DNA from: Candidatus Bathyarchaeia archaeon
Lineage (GTDB): Archaea; Thermoproteota; Bathyarchaeia; Bathyarchaeales; Bathycorpusculaceae
Direction: 5' to 3'
DNA length: 64,000 bases
NCBI GenBank assembly: GCA_050010755.1
Contig: JBEKKK010000001.1
Span: 128,001 to 192,000 of the forward strand
Shown: one piece after another, positions 18,350 to 27,863 of the stretch
Numbering within the stretch: position 1 is the stretch's first letter
Layout: every line of letters starts with the position of its first letter
The notes under the pieces: model-generated
The model's input: only the letters and a program-made list of their open reading frames with translations
What the model was told of the DNA's origin: nothing
Databases searched by the model: none
Program-made: the position numbers and the translations under genes

Positions 18350-19315
18350 TCATGTTTCGGTCAGGCTTAGGTTGAACTTTCGGGACAGATTGTCCAGATC
18401 GTTGAGCACGTAGATGAACACGTAGCCTCTCCATTTTCCCCATCGTTCCTCCGCTATCTTCTTGAGCTTCGGAATCAGGTCGCGTGGAGATTCTGCCTTT
18501 TCTCCTAGAAGAAGCGTGTTGAAGATTTTTGCGCTCCAGACGTCCAGGGCGAACCCAGAATGGGGCAACACGATGTCTGCCGAGTACTCTCCTATCCCGT
18601 GCAGTTGCATGAGCTTAGCTTTGGCCTCTTGAGGCGACATTTCTTCAAGCTCTTGAAACGAGGGAAACCCTACTCGCAGTGTTTCCGCTATATCCTTGAG
18701 AAATTTCGCCCTGTAACCAAGCTTACACTTCTTTTCAAGTTCTCCAACGGCAACATCCGCTATCTTCTCGGCAGAGGGCCAGTACGTGATATGTTTTCCG
18801 TCGAAGCTGACTGAGTCGCCATACTCCTTTATCAGCGAATTCATCATCTGATCGCTTCTCGTTATCGGAGCCATCTGCAGGGTAACTGCTAATATGAGGC
18901 GTGAGAAAAGGTCGGGCTGCCTTGTATTTCTCATTCCGTGCAAGTCTTTTGTCAAAGTCTTGACGAGTGGGTCTCGTCTAGCAAGCGAGTAGAAAGCTCT
19001 GATGTCTTCTCTGAGATTCAGTATCCACGTCAAGGTTTCCAGCATCGCTTTTTTCTCGCTCGTCCCGAGCTTTTGGCGAGAATATATTTGACAGGATATT
19101 CTTGGTGTCTCAATCGTTCCCATGGATTTCAGCTTGAGTCCGAAAAGTTCACCAGAAAATGCTCTCATGACAGTCCACAGAGTGCCGTTTTCGAACACTT
19201 CAAAGGGTGTCGACATTGGCCATCCAGCGGGTTTGTGGACGGATAAGTCAAAATCGTATGGCGAAGTTGCCTCAAGTCTTAAGGTCGAGGAACAAGTCAG
19301 ATTGGTGAGACCCAT
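18350..19315 (-). CDS. HhH-GPD DNA glycosylase (AlkA/OGG1-like)
   Basis: LGYRAKFL, helix-hairpin-helix LHGIGEYSAD, ALDVW catalytic Asp, WGKWRGY. Confidence 0.82.
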   Translation of the reverse strand: MGLTNLTCSSTLRLEATSPYDFDLSVHKPAGWPMSTPFEVFENGTLWTVMRAFSGELFGLKLKSMGTIETPRISCQIYSRQKLGTSEKKAMLETLTWILNLREDIRAFYSLARRDPLVKTLTKDLHGMRNTRQPDLFSRLILAVTLQMAPITRSDQMMNSLIKEYGDSVSFDGKHITYWPSAEKIADVAVGELEKKCKLGYRAKFLKDIAETLRVGFPSFQELEEMSPQEAKAKLMQLHGIGEYSADIVLPHSGFALDVWSAKIFNTLLLGEKAESPRDLIPKLKKIAEERWGKWRGYVFIYVLNDLDNLSRKFNLSLTET

Positions 19316-19369
19316 TCATCCCATCGCTTTTCTTGGTCAGTCCTAGCAGGGCGGCTTCCAAGCTGAAAA

Positions 19370-20116
19370 TCAGTGTATCCTTTTTTGAACGGCTCTCCAT
19401 GAATTTGTGATGAGGAAGCTTTCGTTCATGTTGTCGACCATCTTCACAAACTTTGTCATGGGCACTGAAAATGTGAGAGTCTCTGCGGGAACGAAGGGGC
19501 GGGCTGAAACGTCGAACATGCCGATTACGGCTCTTGGGCGGTTGGAGTTTTTCTCGAGGTATGGGTACTGTACAATTGAGGAACAGCCCGACCCGAATGG
19601 GGTAAAGATAGGATCCGGTTCAGCCTCGTCGTAGCTTGCTAAGGTGAAAAGGCCTGAGAGGACGTCGGGCGGGGCGAAGAAGATGACCACGTCTGGTTCG
19701 TCGGACGCTTCTAGCAGATCCCACCTTTTGAACACGATGAACTTGGCTGGAGCCCTGAAGGAGGGCGCGAGCTTAATCGATTGCGTAACGAGCTGAGGCG
19801 TTTTCTTGTAACGTTCGCCTTCGATTTTTCCGGGAATTCCACAGGAGAGGAAATACTCGAAGTCAGGTCTGACTTTTTCGCGAAATCCTAGGTATCTCTT
19901 CCCGCCGAAGCAGCCAACAGATTCGACGTTGAAGCAGAGGGCTCTTCCTTTTCTCACTAGCGATAGCGCTTCGATGACGCATCTTGGAACTGAGCCAGGT
20001 TTCGCGAGTTCTGCATGCCCTTCCTCGTCCGTGTAATAGAAGACGATTGGGAGTTCTGCATCGTTAAAATATTTTTTCCAGAGACCGATGAAACCTTCCT
20101 TGAGCTTGATGTCCAT
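19370..20116 (-). CDS. DUF169 family protein
   Basis: LPIVFYY, GCFGG.RYLG, PDVVIFF, PFGSGC, GMFDVSAR. Confidence 0.75.
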   Translation of the reverse strand: MDIKLKEGFIGLWKKYFNDAELPIVFYYTDEEGHAELAKPGSVPRCVIEALSLVRKGRALCFNVESVGCFGGKRYLGFREKVRPDFEYFLSCGIPGKIEGERYKKTPQLVTQSIKLAPSFRAPAKFIVFKRWDLLEASDEPDVVIFFAPPDVLSGLFTLASYDEAEPDPIFTPFGSGCSSIVQYPYLEKNSNRPRAVIGMFDVSARPFVPAETLTFSVPMTKFVKMVDNMNESFLITNSWRAVQKRIH

Positions 20117-20136
20117 AAGCTTATCGCCGCTTGCTG

Positions 20137-21057
20137 TTATTTATGTCGTCTGCCGACTTGGTTGGGCTTTTTCAGATTTTTGCGCAGGATTTTTCTCACA
20201 TTGTCTACGTGAAAGCCCAGACTGCGAAGCAGAGTTTGTGAGGGAATGTTCAGTTCTGATGTTCCAAGCCTGACCGAGTCCATTCCTTTTTCGAACAGGA
20301 GGTTCATGCCCTGCGCCGTGAGTGCTCTGGCTAGATGCCTGCTCCGAAACTCTGGGAGCGTTGCCGCAGGGCCGAGAGCGCCGCGTCTGAGATGGAGATA
20401 CTTGTTGGATTCTGTGTCGGGTCTCGCCACGACGGCGGACACGATCCTTCCCCCGATCTCTGCGACTTGAACCCAATCTTCGGTGAACGGTGGATCCTCA
20501 GTTCTCCAATTTTCAAGAGCTCCGAGTTCGAGTCTTCTCCAGCCGAAGCCGGTGTTCATCACTTCGACCAATTTTTCTTCTTCTGAAAGCTTCAAACTTC
20601 GAAGCTTGGTGTCTTCGGCCACTCTCGGTATTTCTTTCAGATGGTCGAGTTTGGCGGACATCCTTAGCCAGCCAGGATTCAATGAATAGCCTCTTTCAAT
20701 CCAATCATTTATTCTCGGGCTTCCCTCCTCAACCCCCGCTGACACGGATTCGCCCCTGGCTTTTTTCTCAACTGTGTCTACGAGCAGGTCTTCAATGCTT
20801 CGTTGATCGGATCCTTCTCGAGCGGCGAGCCAAGAGATGTCCACTTCATCGTGCTCCTCAAGATGAGTCCCGATGAGTCCTGCCGCGTCGCCCTTTTCTT
20901 CTGCCACAAGAACGCTCATGTTTCGTCTTCGAATTTGATATCTGATTCTCTCCTCGTCGAACGGGATGAACTCGAATGAATCCCGGTATTCTTTGTTCAG
21001 CAAGTCGGCAAAGGCTTTGAAGTGCCTGTCGGCTAATTCCGAAATCTGAATGGTCAT
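20137..21057 (-). CDS. Tandem-GNAT acetyltransferase (MshD-like)
   Basis: Two GNAT folds, with C-terminal ATLPEFRSRHLARAL acetyl-CoA motif and N...L.RSLGF. Confidence 0.8.
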   Translation of the reverse strand: MTIQISELADRHFKAFADLLNKEYRDSFEFIPFDEERIRYQIRRRNMSVLVAEEKGDAAGLIGTHLEEHDEVDISWLAAREGSDQRSIEDLLVDTVEKKARGESVSAGVEEGSPRINDWIERGYSLNPGWLRMSAKLDHLKEIPRVAEDTKLRSLKLSEEEKLVEVMNTGFGWRRLELGALENWRTEDPPFTEDWVQVAEIGGRIVSAVVARPDTESNKYLHLRRGALGPAATLPEFRSRHLARALTAQGMNLLFEKGMDSVRLGTSELNIPSQTLLRSLGFHVDNVRKILRKNLKKPNQVGRRHK

Positions 21058-21134
21058 TTCGCCAACTGCAAAAGCCCAAATCAGTTATAAAGTTTTAGCT
21101 TGGCAAACAAAGCGATATCGGCAAATGGCAACGC

Positions 21135-21160
21135 ATAGAACAAACACAAATTTGTTCTAT
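21135..21160. promoter_or_regulatory. Perfect 10-bp inverted repeat (operator or hairpin)
   Basis: ATAGAACAAA-cacaaa-TTTGTTCTAT between the EamA stop and the GNAT start. Confidence 0.5.
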
Positions 21161-21219
21161 AACTAAATACTAGAACTAAATAACACGCACGGGCCAAAGA
21201 AAGCGCCAGGTATACTGTT

Positions 21220-22149
21220 TCAGACTATGAATAGAATTGCAACTCCGATAACAGCTACAACGGCGCCTATTATGCCGCGCCAGTTAGTTTTTTCTCTGTA
21301 GACTATCCATATAACGGGAATGATGAAGATAGGCATGAGGGACATTAGTGTTTGAGCGATTCCTGCGTTTTGGGTGTCAGCGAGGGCGACCATGGAGAGC
21401 GTCATGCCCAGGAACGGCCCGACCACTGCACCGGCCGCGGTATATTTGATTCCTTCCTTGTCTTTTGCGGCTTGCCGTACCGCCGGTAGTTTTCTTGCGA
21501 AGATAGCGACCACCCATATGAAAGCGCCGGCGAACAGCATCCGTATCAAAGCAGTGGAAACTGGGTTTACCGCCACGGTCGTGTTGAAGTACATTCCCTT
21601 TTTTGAAAGAACCGCTCCAATTCCTTGGCCCGTTGCCGAAATCAGACCGAACAGCACTCCCCAGGCCTTTCGATTCTTGGCAACGGACTTCATTTCTGAT
21701 TCTTCTTCCTCCTCCGCTATCACCACGATGATGCCCAGCAACGTGAGCGCTATTCCGAGGGAGGCCAACGGCGAGATGGTCTCTCCCAGCATGAAATAGG
21801 CGCCAAACAGCGTGAATATTGGGGCCGAAGCTTGAATCAGGACGGTGCGTCGCGGGCCGATTGTGACGTACGCCGCAAACAAGCCGGAATCGCCGATGCC
21901 GAGCCCGACTATTCCGCTCAGACCGATCCAGAACCATTGCCCGCCGCTTGCGAGAGGCAACAAGGTGCCCAGTAAGACGACTTGCGCAACGAATAGAAGC
22001 CCGATGGCCATCATCGTCCGGTACACGTTGACGCTGAAAGAGCCGAACCTTTTGCCGGCCGACGTGAAAAATAAGCAACTGGCAGTCCAGAGACACGAAG
22101 TGAGAATTGCAGCAGAGTCTCCCATCAGATCCGAGTTCAAATTCCTCAC
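21220..22149 (-). CDS. DMT/EamA family transporter
   Basis: About 10 TM helices in two EamA repeats (SGIVGLGIGD...IGPRR; GIAQTLMSLMPIF). Confidence 0.88.
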   Translation of the reverse strand: MRNLNSDLMGDSAAILTSCLWTASCLFFTSAGKRFGSFSVNVYRTMMAIGLLFVAQVVLLGTLLPLASGGQWFWIGLSGIVGLGIGDSGLFAAYVTIGPRRTVLIQASAPIFTLFGAYFMLGETISPLASLGIALTLLGIIVVIAEEEEESEMKSVAKNRKAWGVLFGLISATGQGIGAVLSKKGMYFNTTVAVNPVSTALIRMLFAGAFIWVVAIFARKLPAVRQAAKDKEGIKYTAAGAVVGPFLGMTLSMVALADTQNAGIAQTLMSLMPIFIIPVIWIVYREKTNWRGIIGAVVAVIGVAILFIV

Positions 22150-22347
22150 TGTTAGACTAAACCAACACGTTTCTTATGACCTTAAACCTTTCTTGCCCTT
22201 GATAGAGTTCAGAATGGCGCAGGCACAACACTATCCGTTCAGTATATGGTGCGTTTAACAAGCGGTGCCGGTGATATGTAAAAGAAAGCGGGTGTTTTGT
22301 AGACTACTAGTTCTTCAAAGTAGAAGCTGCTACGGGTCTGGCCATGT

Positions 22348-23613
22348 CTAGTTGGCAGCGTGTGTGTACTTGTTGACGAGGTCTTTTTTGTTGACGGCGT
22401 TGAGTTGTTTGAAGAGGAATTCGAATTTGTTTTCGACTTCTGCTGCTATGGCGTCGCGGGTTTTTTGCGGTAGGTTCATTATGTCTTTCTTGAATGGGCC
22501 TAGCGCTTTTTTTCTGGTTTTATATAGGAATTGTTCTTCTGTTTCGCCCTGTTTGGCTTCGTTTACGGCGTTGATTTTTAGCCATTCGTAGATTCTCTTT
22601 TTCAGGTCTGCGGGTAGGTGTTTTGATTCGTAAATCATGTTCTGAAACTCTGTTGCCAGGTGCACTTCTGCGGTTTCGCATTCGACGAATTTGTGGAATG
22701 CTTGAGGAGGCAGTGTTGATGCGCCGTGTTGCACGGCTCCGGCCAGTCTGTATTTTTGGCGGGCGAGGTCTGAGAGGGTTTTTAGGGTGTTGAAGTCGAG
22801 GTTTACCTGTGCTACTGAGCCGTCTGGAAGGACGACGCCTCCGTGAGTGGTTCCGGTCTGGACTGAGATTTTGCTTATTCCGGCCGATGGTTTGGGCAGC
22901 TTGTTTTCGAGGCCGGACATGAACGCGTTCAGGTCTTCGGGCGTTGAGTTTTGGTGTCCGATTTCACCTATTTCTCCGCCGACTGAAACGGTGATGCCTT
23001 TGGGTTGGATGTGGCGGATGTACTGTGTGAGTCTTGCGCAGACTTCGTAGTTCAGTTGCTGTTGTGTTTTCAGGTCGGGTTTGGAGAGGTCGACGAGTGT
23101 GGAGGAGTCGATGTCGATGTTGTAGAAGCTTGAGCCGATTGCGTCTGCAATGAGCGCCTGTAGGCTTTCCATTTCTTTGTTAGGGTTTTCTTTGAATTTG
23201 GCGGCGTTGGCTTGGAAGTGATCGCCCTGGATGAACAAAGGGCCTGAATAATTCTCTCTTATGGCCGCAGCCAGGACGGCGCTCGAGTATTCTATCGGTT
23301 GTTGACCTGTGTAGCCTATCTCTGACCTGGCAATTTCGAAGATGAACGCGCCTGAGTTGTTCTTCTCGGCCACTCTGAATATGGCACGAGCCAGGTCGTA
23401 GGTCATGCTTCGAAGGTTTATCGCGGGAACCGTGAAACCTTTGAATTCGCCCCTGCCGCGGGCCATGTAGAAATCAAAGATGCTCGCCGAGTAGATTCCC
23501 CGGCTGTGGGCAACGTCAAGAATGGCCTCGGCCAACTGTTTCTTCTTCGTCGGATCGTCGGTCATGACCAATTCCGTTATTGCTTTATCGATATCAAACG
23601 ATTTTTTTCCCAT
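22348..23613 (-). CDS. Class II (metal-dependent) fructose-bisphosphate aldolase family protein
   Basis: TVPAIN, QGDHF, DIDSS, GEIGEIG, GTTHGG and VQHGAS motifs. Confidence 0.82.
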   Translation of the reverse strand: MGKKSFDIDKAITELVMTDDPTKKKQLAEAILDVAHSRGIYSASIFDFYMARGRGEFKGFTVPAINLRSMTYDLARAIFRVAEKNNSGAFIFEIARSEIGYTGQQPIEYSSAVLAAAIRENYSGPLFIQGDHFQANAAKFKENPNKEMESLQALIADAIGSSFYNIDIDSSTLVDLSKPDLKTQQQLNYEVCARLTQYIRHIQPKGITVSVGGEIGEIGHQNSTPEDLNAFMSGLENKLPKPSAGISKISVQTGTTHGGVVLPDGSVAQVNLDFNTLKTLSDLARQKYRLAGAVQHGASTLPPQAFHKFVECETAEVHLATEFQNMIYESKHLPADLKKRIYEWLKINAVNEAKQGETEEQFLYKTRKKALGPFKKDIMNLPQKTRDAIAAEVENKFEFLFKQLNAVNKKDLVNKYTHAAN

Positions 23614-24038
23614 AGTGTTCGCGCTTCCTCAAATCAGTATTCGATCTTCTAGGCTCGAATTCTTCTCTTTGAATATTAAATTAGTGGTTGTTTAGGGTAC
23701 AGCGCACGGACTTCGCAAGCAAGGACTCAGTTCACATGTTTCCAGTGGGGCTTCCCTCGTGGGCTACTGGTGTCCTTGAAATTTTTCTGGGCGAGGTGAC
23801 TTGACACTCTGCCTGGATAAATTCGGGAGATTCTTCCATGAGCTCATTAATCGAGTTTAACCTCTCGGTGTGGAAGTTTGGGCGATATCAAAATGGCCTG
23901 TCTATCAACTAAATTAACATTTAGTACGCCGCCCAATTTCATATTCGTAGCGCGGCTCGAAATATGGAGTGGAAGTTGTTAGTCATCTTACAAAATAAAG
24001 ATTGATACGTGATTTATTCGGCGCGTCCGTGGAGAGTG

Positions 24039-24422
24039 TCAAAAGTGTAGCCAGCCTCTGCCTCCCTTCTTCAGCTGCCTCGAATTATCCACTTCAGGCT
24101 TGGGCAGGCTGTTCAGTCGCTTGTAGGCGTTCGCCCTAGCGAACCTTCTCCATCCGCCTGTGTGTGGATTCGCTTGAACGAAGCGGTCCACATTCAGGAT
24201 TCTATGCTGCTCCAAGATTTCCTTCAGCGTTAAGAATTTGAAACTTCGAGTGGCCAAAACAACCGTGCCACGCTCAATGAACAACTTTTCATAATTCTGC
24301 CCAGCTATGCCTTCTGCTCTAAATCGATCATCAATTCGTTCCCTCCACATGCGCCGCCACTGGCCACATATCTCCTCTGTGAGACTGTCCGAACTGGAGG
24401 TGGAACTCTTCGCGTCCGCCAA
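24039..24422 (-). CDS. Hypothetical protein
   Basis: 127-aa ORF with TTG start and upstream GGGGAGA SD-like sequence. No recognisable family. Confidence 0.6.
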   Translation of the reverse strand: MADAKSSTSSSDSLTEEICGQWRRMWRERIDDRFRAEGIAGQNYEKLFIERGTVVLATRSFKFLTLKEILEQHRILNVDRFVQANPHTGGWRRFARANAYKRLNSLPKPEVDNSRQLKKGGRGWLHF

Positions 24423-24610
24423 AACTCATCTCTCCCCAACAAATGTGGAAACGAAACAATAGTAGGTTGTCACGACCGACCCGCTCTCCTCTGTCCATCC
24501 TATGGGAAAGTTAGAGCGAAACCATTGTATTTAAACAGTAGCATATCGTGAATCTAGAATATTGTTCTATGCGAATGGTTTGTTCTGTTCGCTGGAAAAT
24601 CGTGCGTTAG

Positions 24611-25348
24611 TCATGATTCTTCGTGTGTTTGTGGGTTGTAAGTGTCGTGTGTAACGGGTGCGATGCCGTATCTGAAAATGATCGTGAACATTTTGAAGCC
24701 GTCAAACAGTATGCGTAACCTGGATTTGCCTTCTTCTCTCCTTAAGCAGAGTATTGGGATTTCTTCGAGTTTGAAGCCGTTTCTGAGTCCTTTAACCGTG
24801 ATTTCGGTTTCGATTTCGAAGCCGTCTGACTTGAGGGTGATGTGGTTGAGAAAGGTTTTTTTGAAGGCTCTGAAGCCTGTTTGACTGTCGGTGATGTACT
24901 TTCCTGTCATCATCGTGATGGAGAGGTTTAGGAGTTTGTTGCCTATTTGGTTAAGTTTTGTTGTAAAGTTTTCTCCGTCGCCGAGGAATCTTGATCCGGA
25001 TACGATGTCGGTTCCGTTGTACAGTGGATAGATGAGTTTGGGAATTTCTTCGGGTTTGTGTTCTCCGTCAGCGTCTATGGTTACGATTATTTCTCCGCGT
25101 GCCTGGCGGAAGGCTTTTCTCATTGCGTGGCCTTTTCCGTGGTTGCTTCCGTCTCCTATCACTATGGCGTTGGAGGCTAAGGCTACTTTTTTTGTGTTGT
25201 CTGTTGATCCGTCGTCGACGACCAATATTTCATGTCGCACCTTGAGCTTTTCCATGACGGCGGTAATTCTTGAGATGATATCTCCGATGGTTTTGCCTTC
25301 GTTGTAGGCCGGAATGACTATTGAAACCGATGGCCGCCACTGTTGCAT
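24611..25348 (-). CDS. Glycosyltransferase family 2 (DPM1/polyprenol-phosphate GT-like)
   Basis: SIVIPAYNEG, VDDGSTD, NHGKG, IDADGEH, GSRF, DSQTGFRA, FEIETE. Start ATG 25348. Confidence 0.92.
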   Translation of the reverse strand: MQQWRPSVSIVIPAYNEGKTIGDIISRITAVMEKLKVRHEILVVDDGSTDNTKKVALASNAIVIGDGSNHGKGHAMRKAFRQARGEIIVTIDADGEHKPEEIPKLIYPLYNGTDIVSGSRFLGDGENFTTKLNQIGNKLLNLSITMMTGKYITDSQTGFRAFKKTFLNHITLKSDGFEIETEITVKGLRNGFKLEEIPILCLRREEGKSRLRILFDGFKMFTIIFRYGIAPVTHDTYNPQTHEES

Positions 25349-25588
25349 TTGGTTCCTTTCTCCGTATCTTTCGCAGAGTACAATGTTGTAATTCATCGCT
25401 GCTTTACAAACAGCTATGGAAAAGCCCAAAACATAGTCTAGAAGAACATCATGGAAAAGTGGTGCCTATACTCTGTATGAAAGAACTAGAGGATTCATCC
25501 ACACGCGCGTTTGGTAAAGGATTGTTGACTAAATGCTAAAGGGTGCTTCACAAGAACCCTTAAGAAAAAAGAGCGCGCGCTAAAGGAT

Positions 25589-26656
25589 ATGCGGCAGGAT
25601 CTGGGAGAGAGGATTCTAGCATTAGCCTTAGCAGTGCTCATCATTTTGGCTTTCATGTATTGGTTTGAAGGATATAGCGTTCCAAGGGTCTCGGGCGTGG
25701 TAACTATCGGAGTGGGAGTCTATTGGGGAATGAACTGCTCTCAGCCTGTGGCTTCTATAAACTGGGGGATCCTCAGTCCAGGCTCGACGAAGAATACGAT
25801 TGTTTATGTCCGTAACGAAGCCCAACAGCTCATATCTCTCAACATGTCGACGGAGAATTGGAGCCCTTCAAGTGCGTCAAACTATATTCAACTCAAGTGG
25901 GACTACTCGGGGCAGGTTATGAATCCTAACAGTGTTCTCAAAGTAACATTGGTGCTTTCTGTGTCTTCTTCCCTGCCGAAAATATCCAGTGTCGGCTTTA
26001 ACCTTGTGATAGCTGGTGTTGCTGTTGCTTCGTCGAGCGTGATTTTTGCTGACGGCTTTGAATCTGGGAACTTTAAGGCATGGACCGGAACTTACGTCAC
26101 CACAGGCGAGACTGCCACCGTCGTTAGCACCGTTCACCAGAGCGGGTCCTACAGCGCCCTGTTCACGACCCACGGCGGGTCAACAGTTGCGAGAGCCTAC
26201 TGCTACAAGAACCTTTCCAACCAGTCCCAACTCTACACGCTGGCTTATGTGTACTTCAACAGCAGCGTGTCTCTTCCCAACTGGGACAGCCTGTGGCTAA
26301 TCCAGTTCCGTGACTCCGGCGGTTCTGCCATAGCGTCGTTTGGAGTAAGCAAGGACAGCACCTCCGTGAAGTGGACGACCCAGTATGGTCTTTCAACGAG
26401 GGTCTACGCAACATCTGGTCCAGCTGCTCATGTCTGGTACGCCGTGGAGGCTTACTTCAACAAGACTGCATCAGGCAAAGCACTGGTGATATACATAAAC
26501 GGGACTCAATTAGCTTCTTTAAGCGTAAACACGAGCGGATCCAACAGCGTAGCACAGGTTCGCGTTGGAATAACATACAATGCTGCGGGCTACAAGAATT
26601 GCTTGTACGCTGACACCGTCACCATCGATAACAAGTACATAACGCCGTCATCCTGA
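25589..26656 (+). CDS. Secreted/membrane-anchored two-domain beta protein (Ig-like N-terminal domain + jelly-roll/LamG-like domain)
   Basis: N-terminal TM; IGVGVYW..C..V.SINWG.LSPG domain; second domain starts IFADGFESGNF..W with W...E...YING. Confidence 0.65.
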   Translation: MRQDLGERILALALAVLIILAFMYWFEGYSVPRVSGVVTIGVGVYWGMNCSQPVASINWGILSPGSTKNTIVYVRNEAQQLISLNMSTENWSPSSASNYIQLKWDYSGQVMNPNSVLKVTLVLSVSSSLPKISSVGFNLVIAGVAVASSSVIFADGFESGNFKAWTGTYVTTGETATVVSTVHQSGSYSALFTTHGGSTVARAYCYKNLSNQSQLYTLAYVYFNSSVSLPNWDSLWLIQFRDSGGSAIASFGVSKDSTSVKWTTQYGLSTRVYATSGPAAHVWYAVEAYFNKTASGKALVIYINGTQLASLSVNTSGSNSVAQVRVGITYNAAGYKNCLYADTVTIDNKYITPSS

Positions 26657-26979
26657 AACTCTGGAAGCGGAAATGCACGCGCTTATTTTGGCCGTTTAGG
26701 GCGATCTGTAAGCGCGTGTTCTTGTATCATTTTATGCGTTTCTATTGGAGATATTCGAAAGGTGTGCAGGGTTCGATTGGCGTGTGCCCGTGGAGCGGGC
26801 GGTTGGATGTGTAGTTTTTGATTCAAGACTGATTAATTTTTTGTGGGAGTGCGTTTATCGGTGGTTTGTTTGTGTGGAAAAGTTAAAATATCTGGCAGTA
26901 TGCTGTATTGTTCCTCTTTTGCAGGTGAGAAGGAATGGAGAATTTGAGGGGGGCTCTTTTCTATGTGGAAAGGGCGCCG

Positions 26980-27270
26980 ATGAGAAGCCGTGTTGATATT
27001 ATGGCTAACATTTTGAATGAGGCGAGCTTGTCGTCTGAAGGGTTGAGGAGGACGCGGATTATGTACAGGTGTAATCTCAGTTCGAGGCAGCTCAAGGTGT
27101 ACGTCAAGCTCTTGAGTGAAAAAGGGTTTCTGGATGTGCGCTCGATTGACTCTTCGAATGGGACGAATAGAAAAGTTGAGTTCTATCAGATTACGAAGGA
27201 CGGCTTGTCTTTTCTGAAGGCCTATGGTGATTTGAAGCGTCGGATGCGTGAGGGTATCCTATCTCGCTGA
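26980..27270 (+). CDS. Winged-helix transcriptional regulator (HTH_45/ArnR1-like)
   Basis: RSRVDIMANIL...TRIMYRCNLS...Y.ITKDG pattern. Confidence 0.85.
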   Translation: MRSRVDIMANILNEASLSSEGLRRTRIMYRCNLSSRQLKVYVKLLSEKGFLDVRSIDSSNGTNRKVEFYQITKDGLSFLKAYGDLKRRMREGILSR

Positions 27271-27495
27271 AAGTTTCTCCTCGGTTTGGATTCGCGTCAG
27301 AAAAAGGCTTACGGTCCTCTCGATTTTCGCCCTCTTGCCCTGATCATTCAGTGATATGAACTTGTGTGCTGCGAGGAACTCTGTGATCTCTTCAGCATCT
27401 TTCATTCGAAGGTCTGTCTTTTCAGCAAGCTCGCTTATGCTGTGCCAGTCTCGGTCTGTTGCGAGTAGTTCCAGGATGCGATCGATCTCTAGCAA
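27259..27495 (-). CDS. Small winged-helix protein
   Basis: ILELL...WHSISELAEKT.L...FL..H.FI wHTH pattern, TTG start with GAGG upstream. Confidence 0.68.
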   Translation of the reverse strand: MLEIDRILELLATDRDWHSISELAEKTDLRMKDAEEITEFLAAHKFISLNDQGKRAKIERTVSLFLTRIQTEEKLSAR

Positions 27496-27863
27496 ACTCG
27501 TAGCCTCTTGAAAGCGTGCGCTTCTCTACTTTCGTGTTTTAGCAATAAACGATTTGTGAAGACTCATTCCCTAGGATGGTTGGAGTTTTTTTAGAAATTC
27601 AGCAGCGTTAGATCAGAAATGCCGTTTGGTTTCCACAGAAATTGGGCGTGAATGTTATAGAAAGATAGCCTAGAATCTAGTTATAGAAGAAGAGTATAGA
27701 GTTTCAGCCTAGACTTAGCTTCCGTAGGTATTAAAATGATTGTTTTCGGCTAATAGATGTTCATTGTGACATGGTTTAACTGCTGTTAATAGCGCGCGAG
27801 CTTTCCAATCCGCTTCCGTCAGGGAGGGATTTGAGAGCTTTGGCGCTCGATGGGGTGAGATTT

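Noticed and set aside
23725-23850. Small minus-strand ORFs (27-35 aa) in the aldolase upstream spacer
   Set aside because: They are too short and have no recognisable motif.
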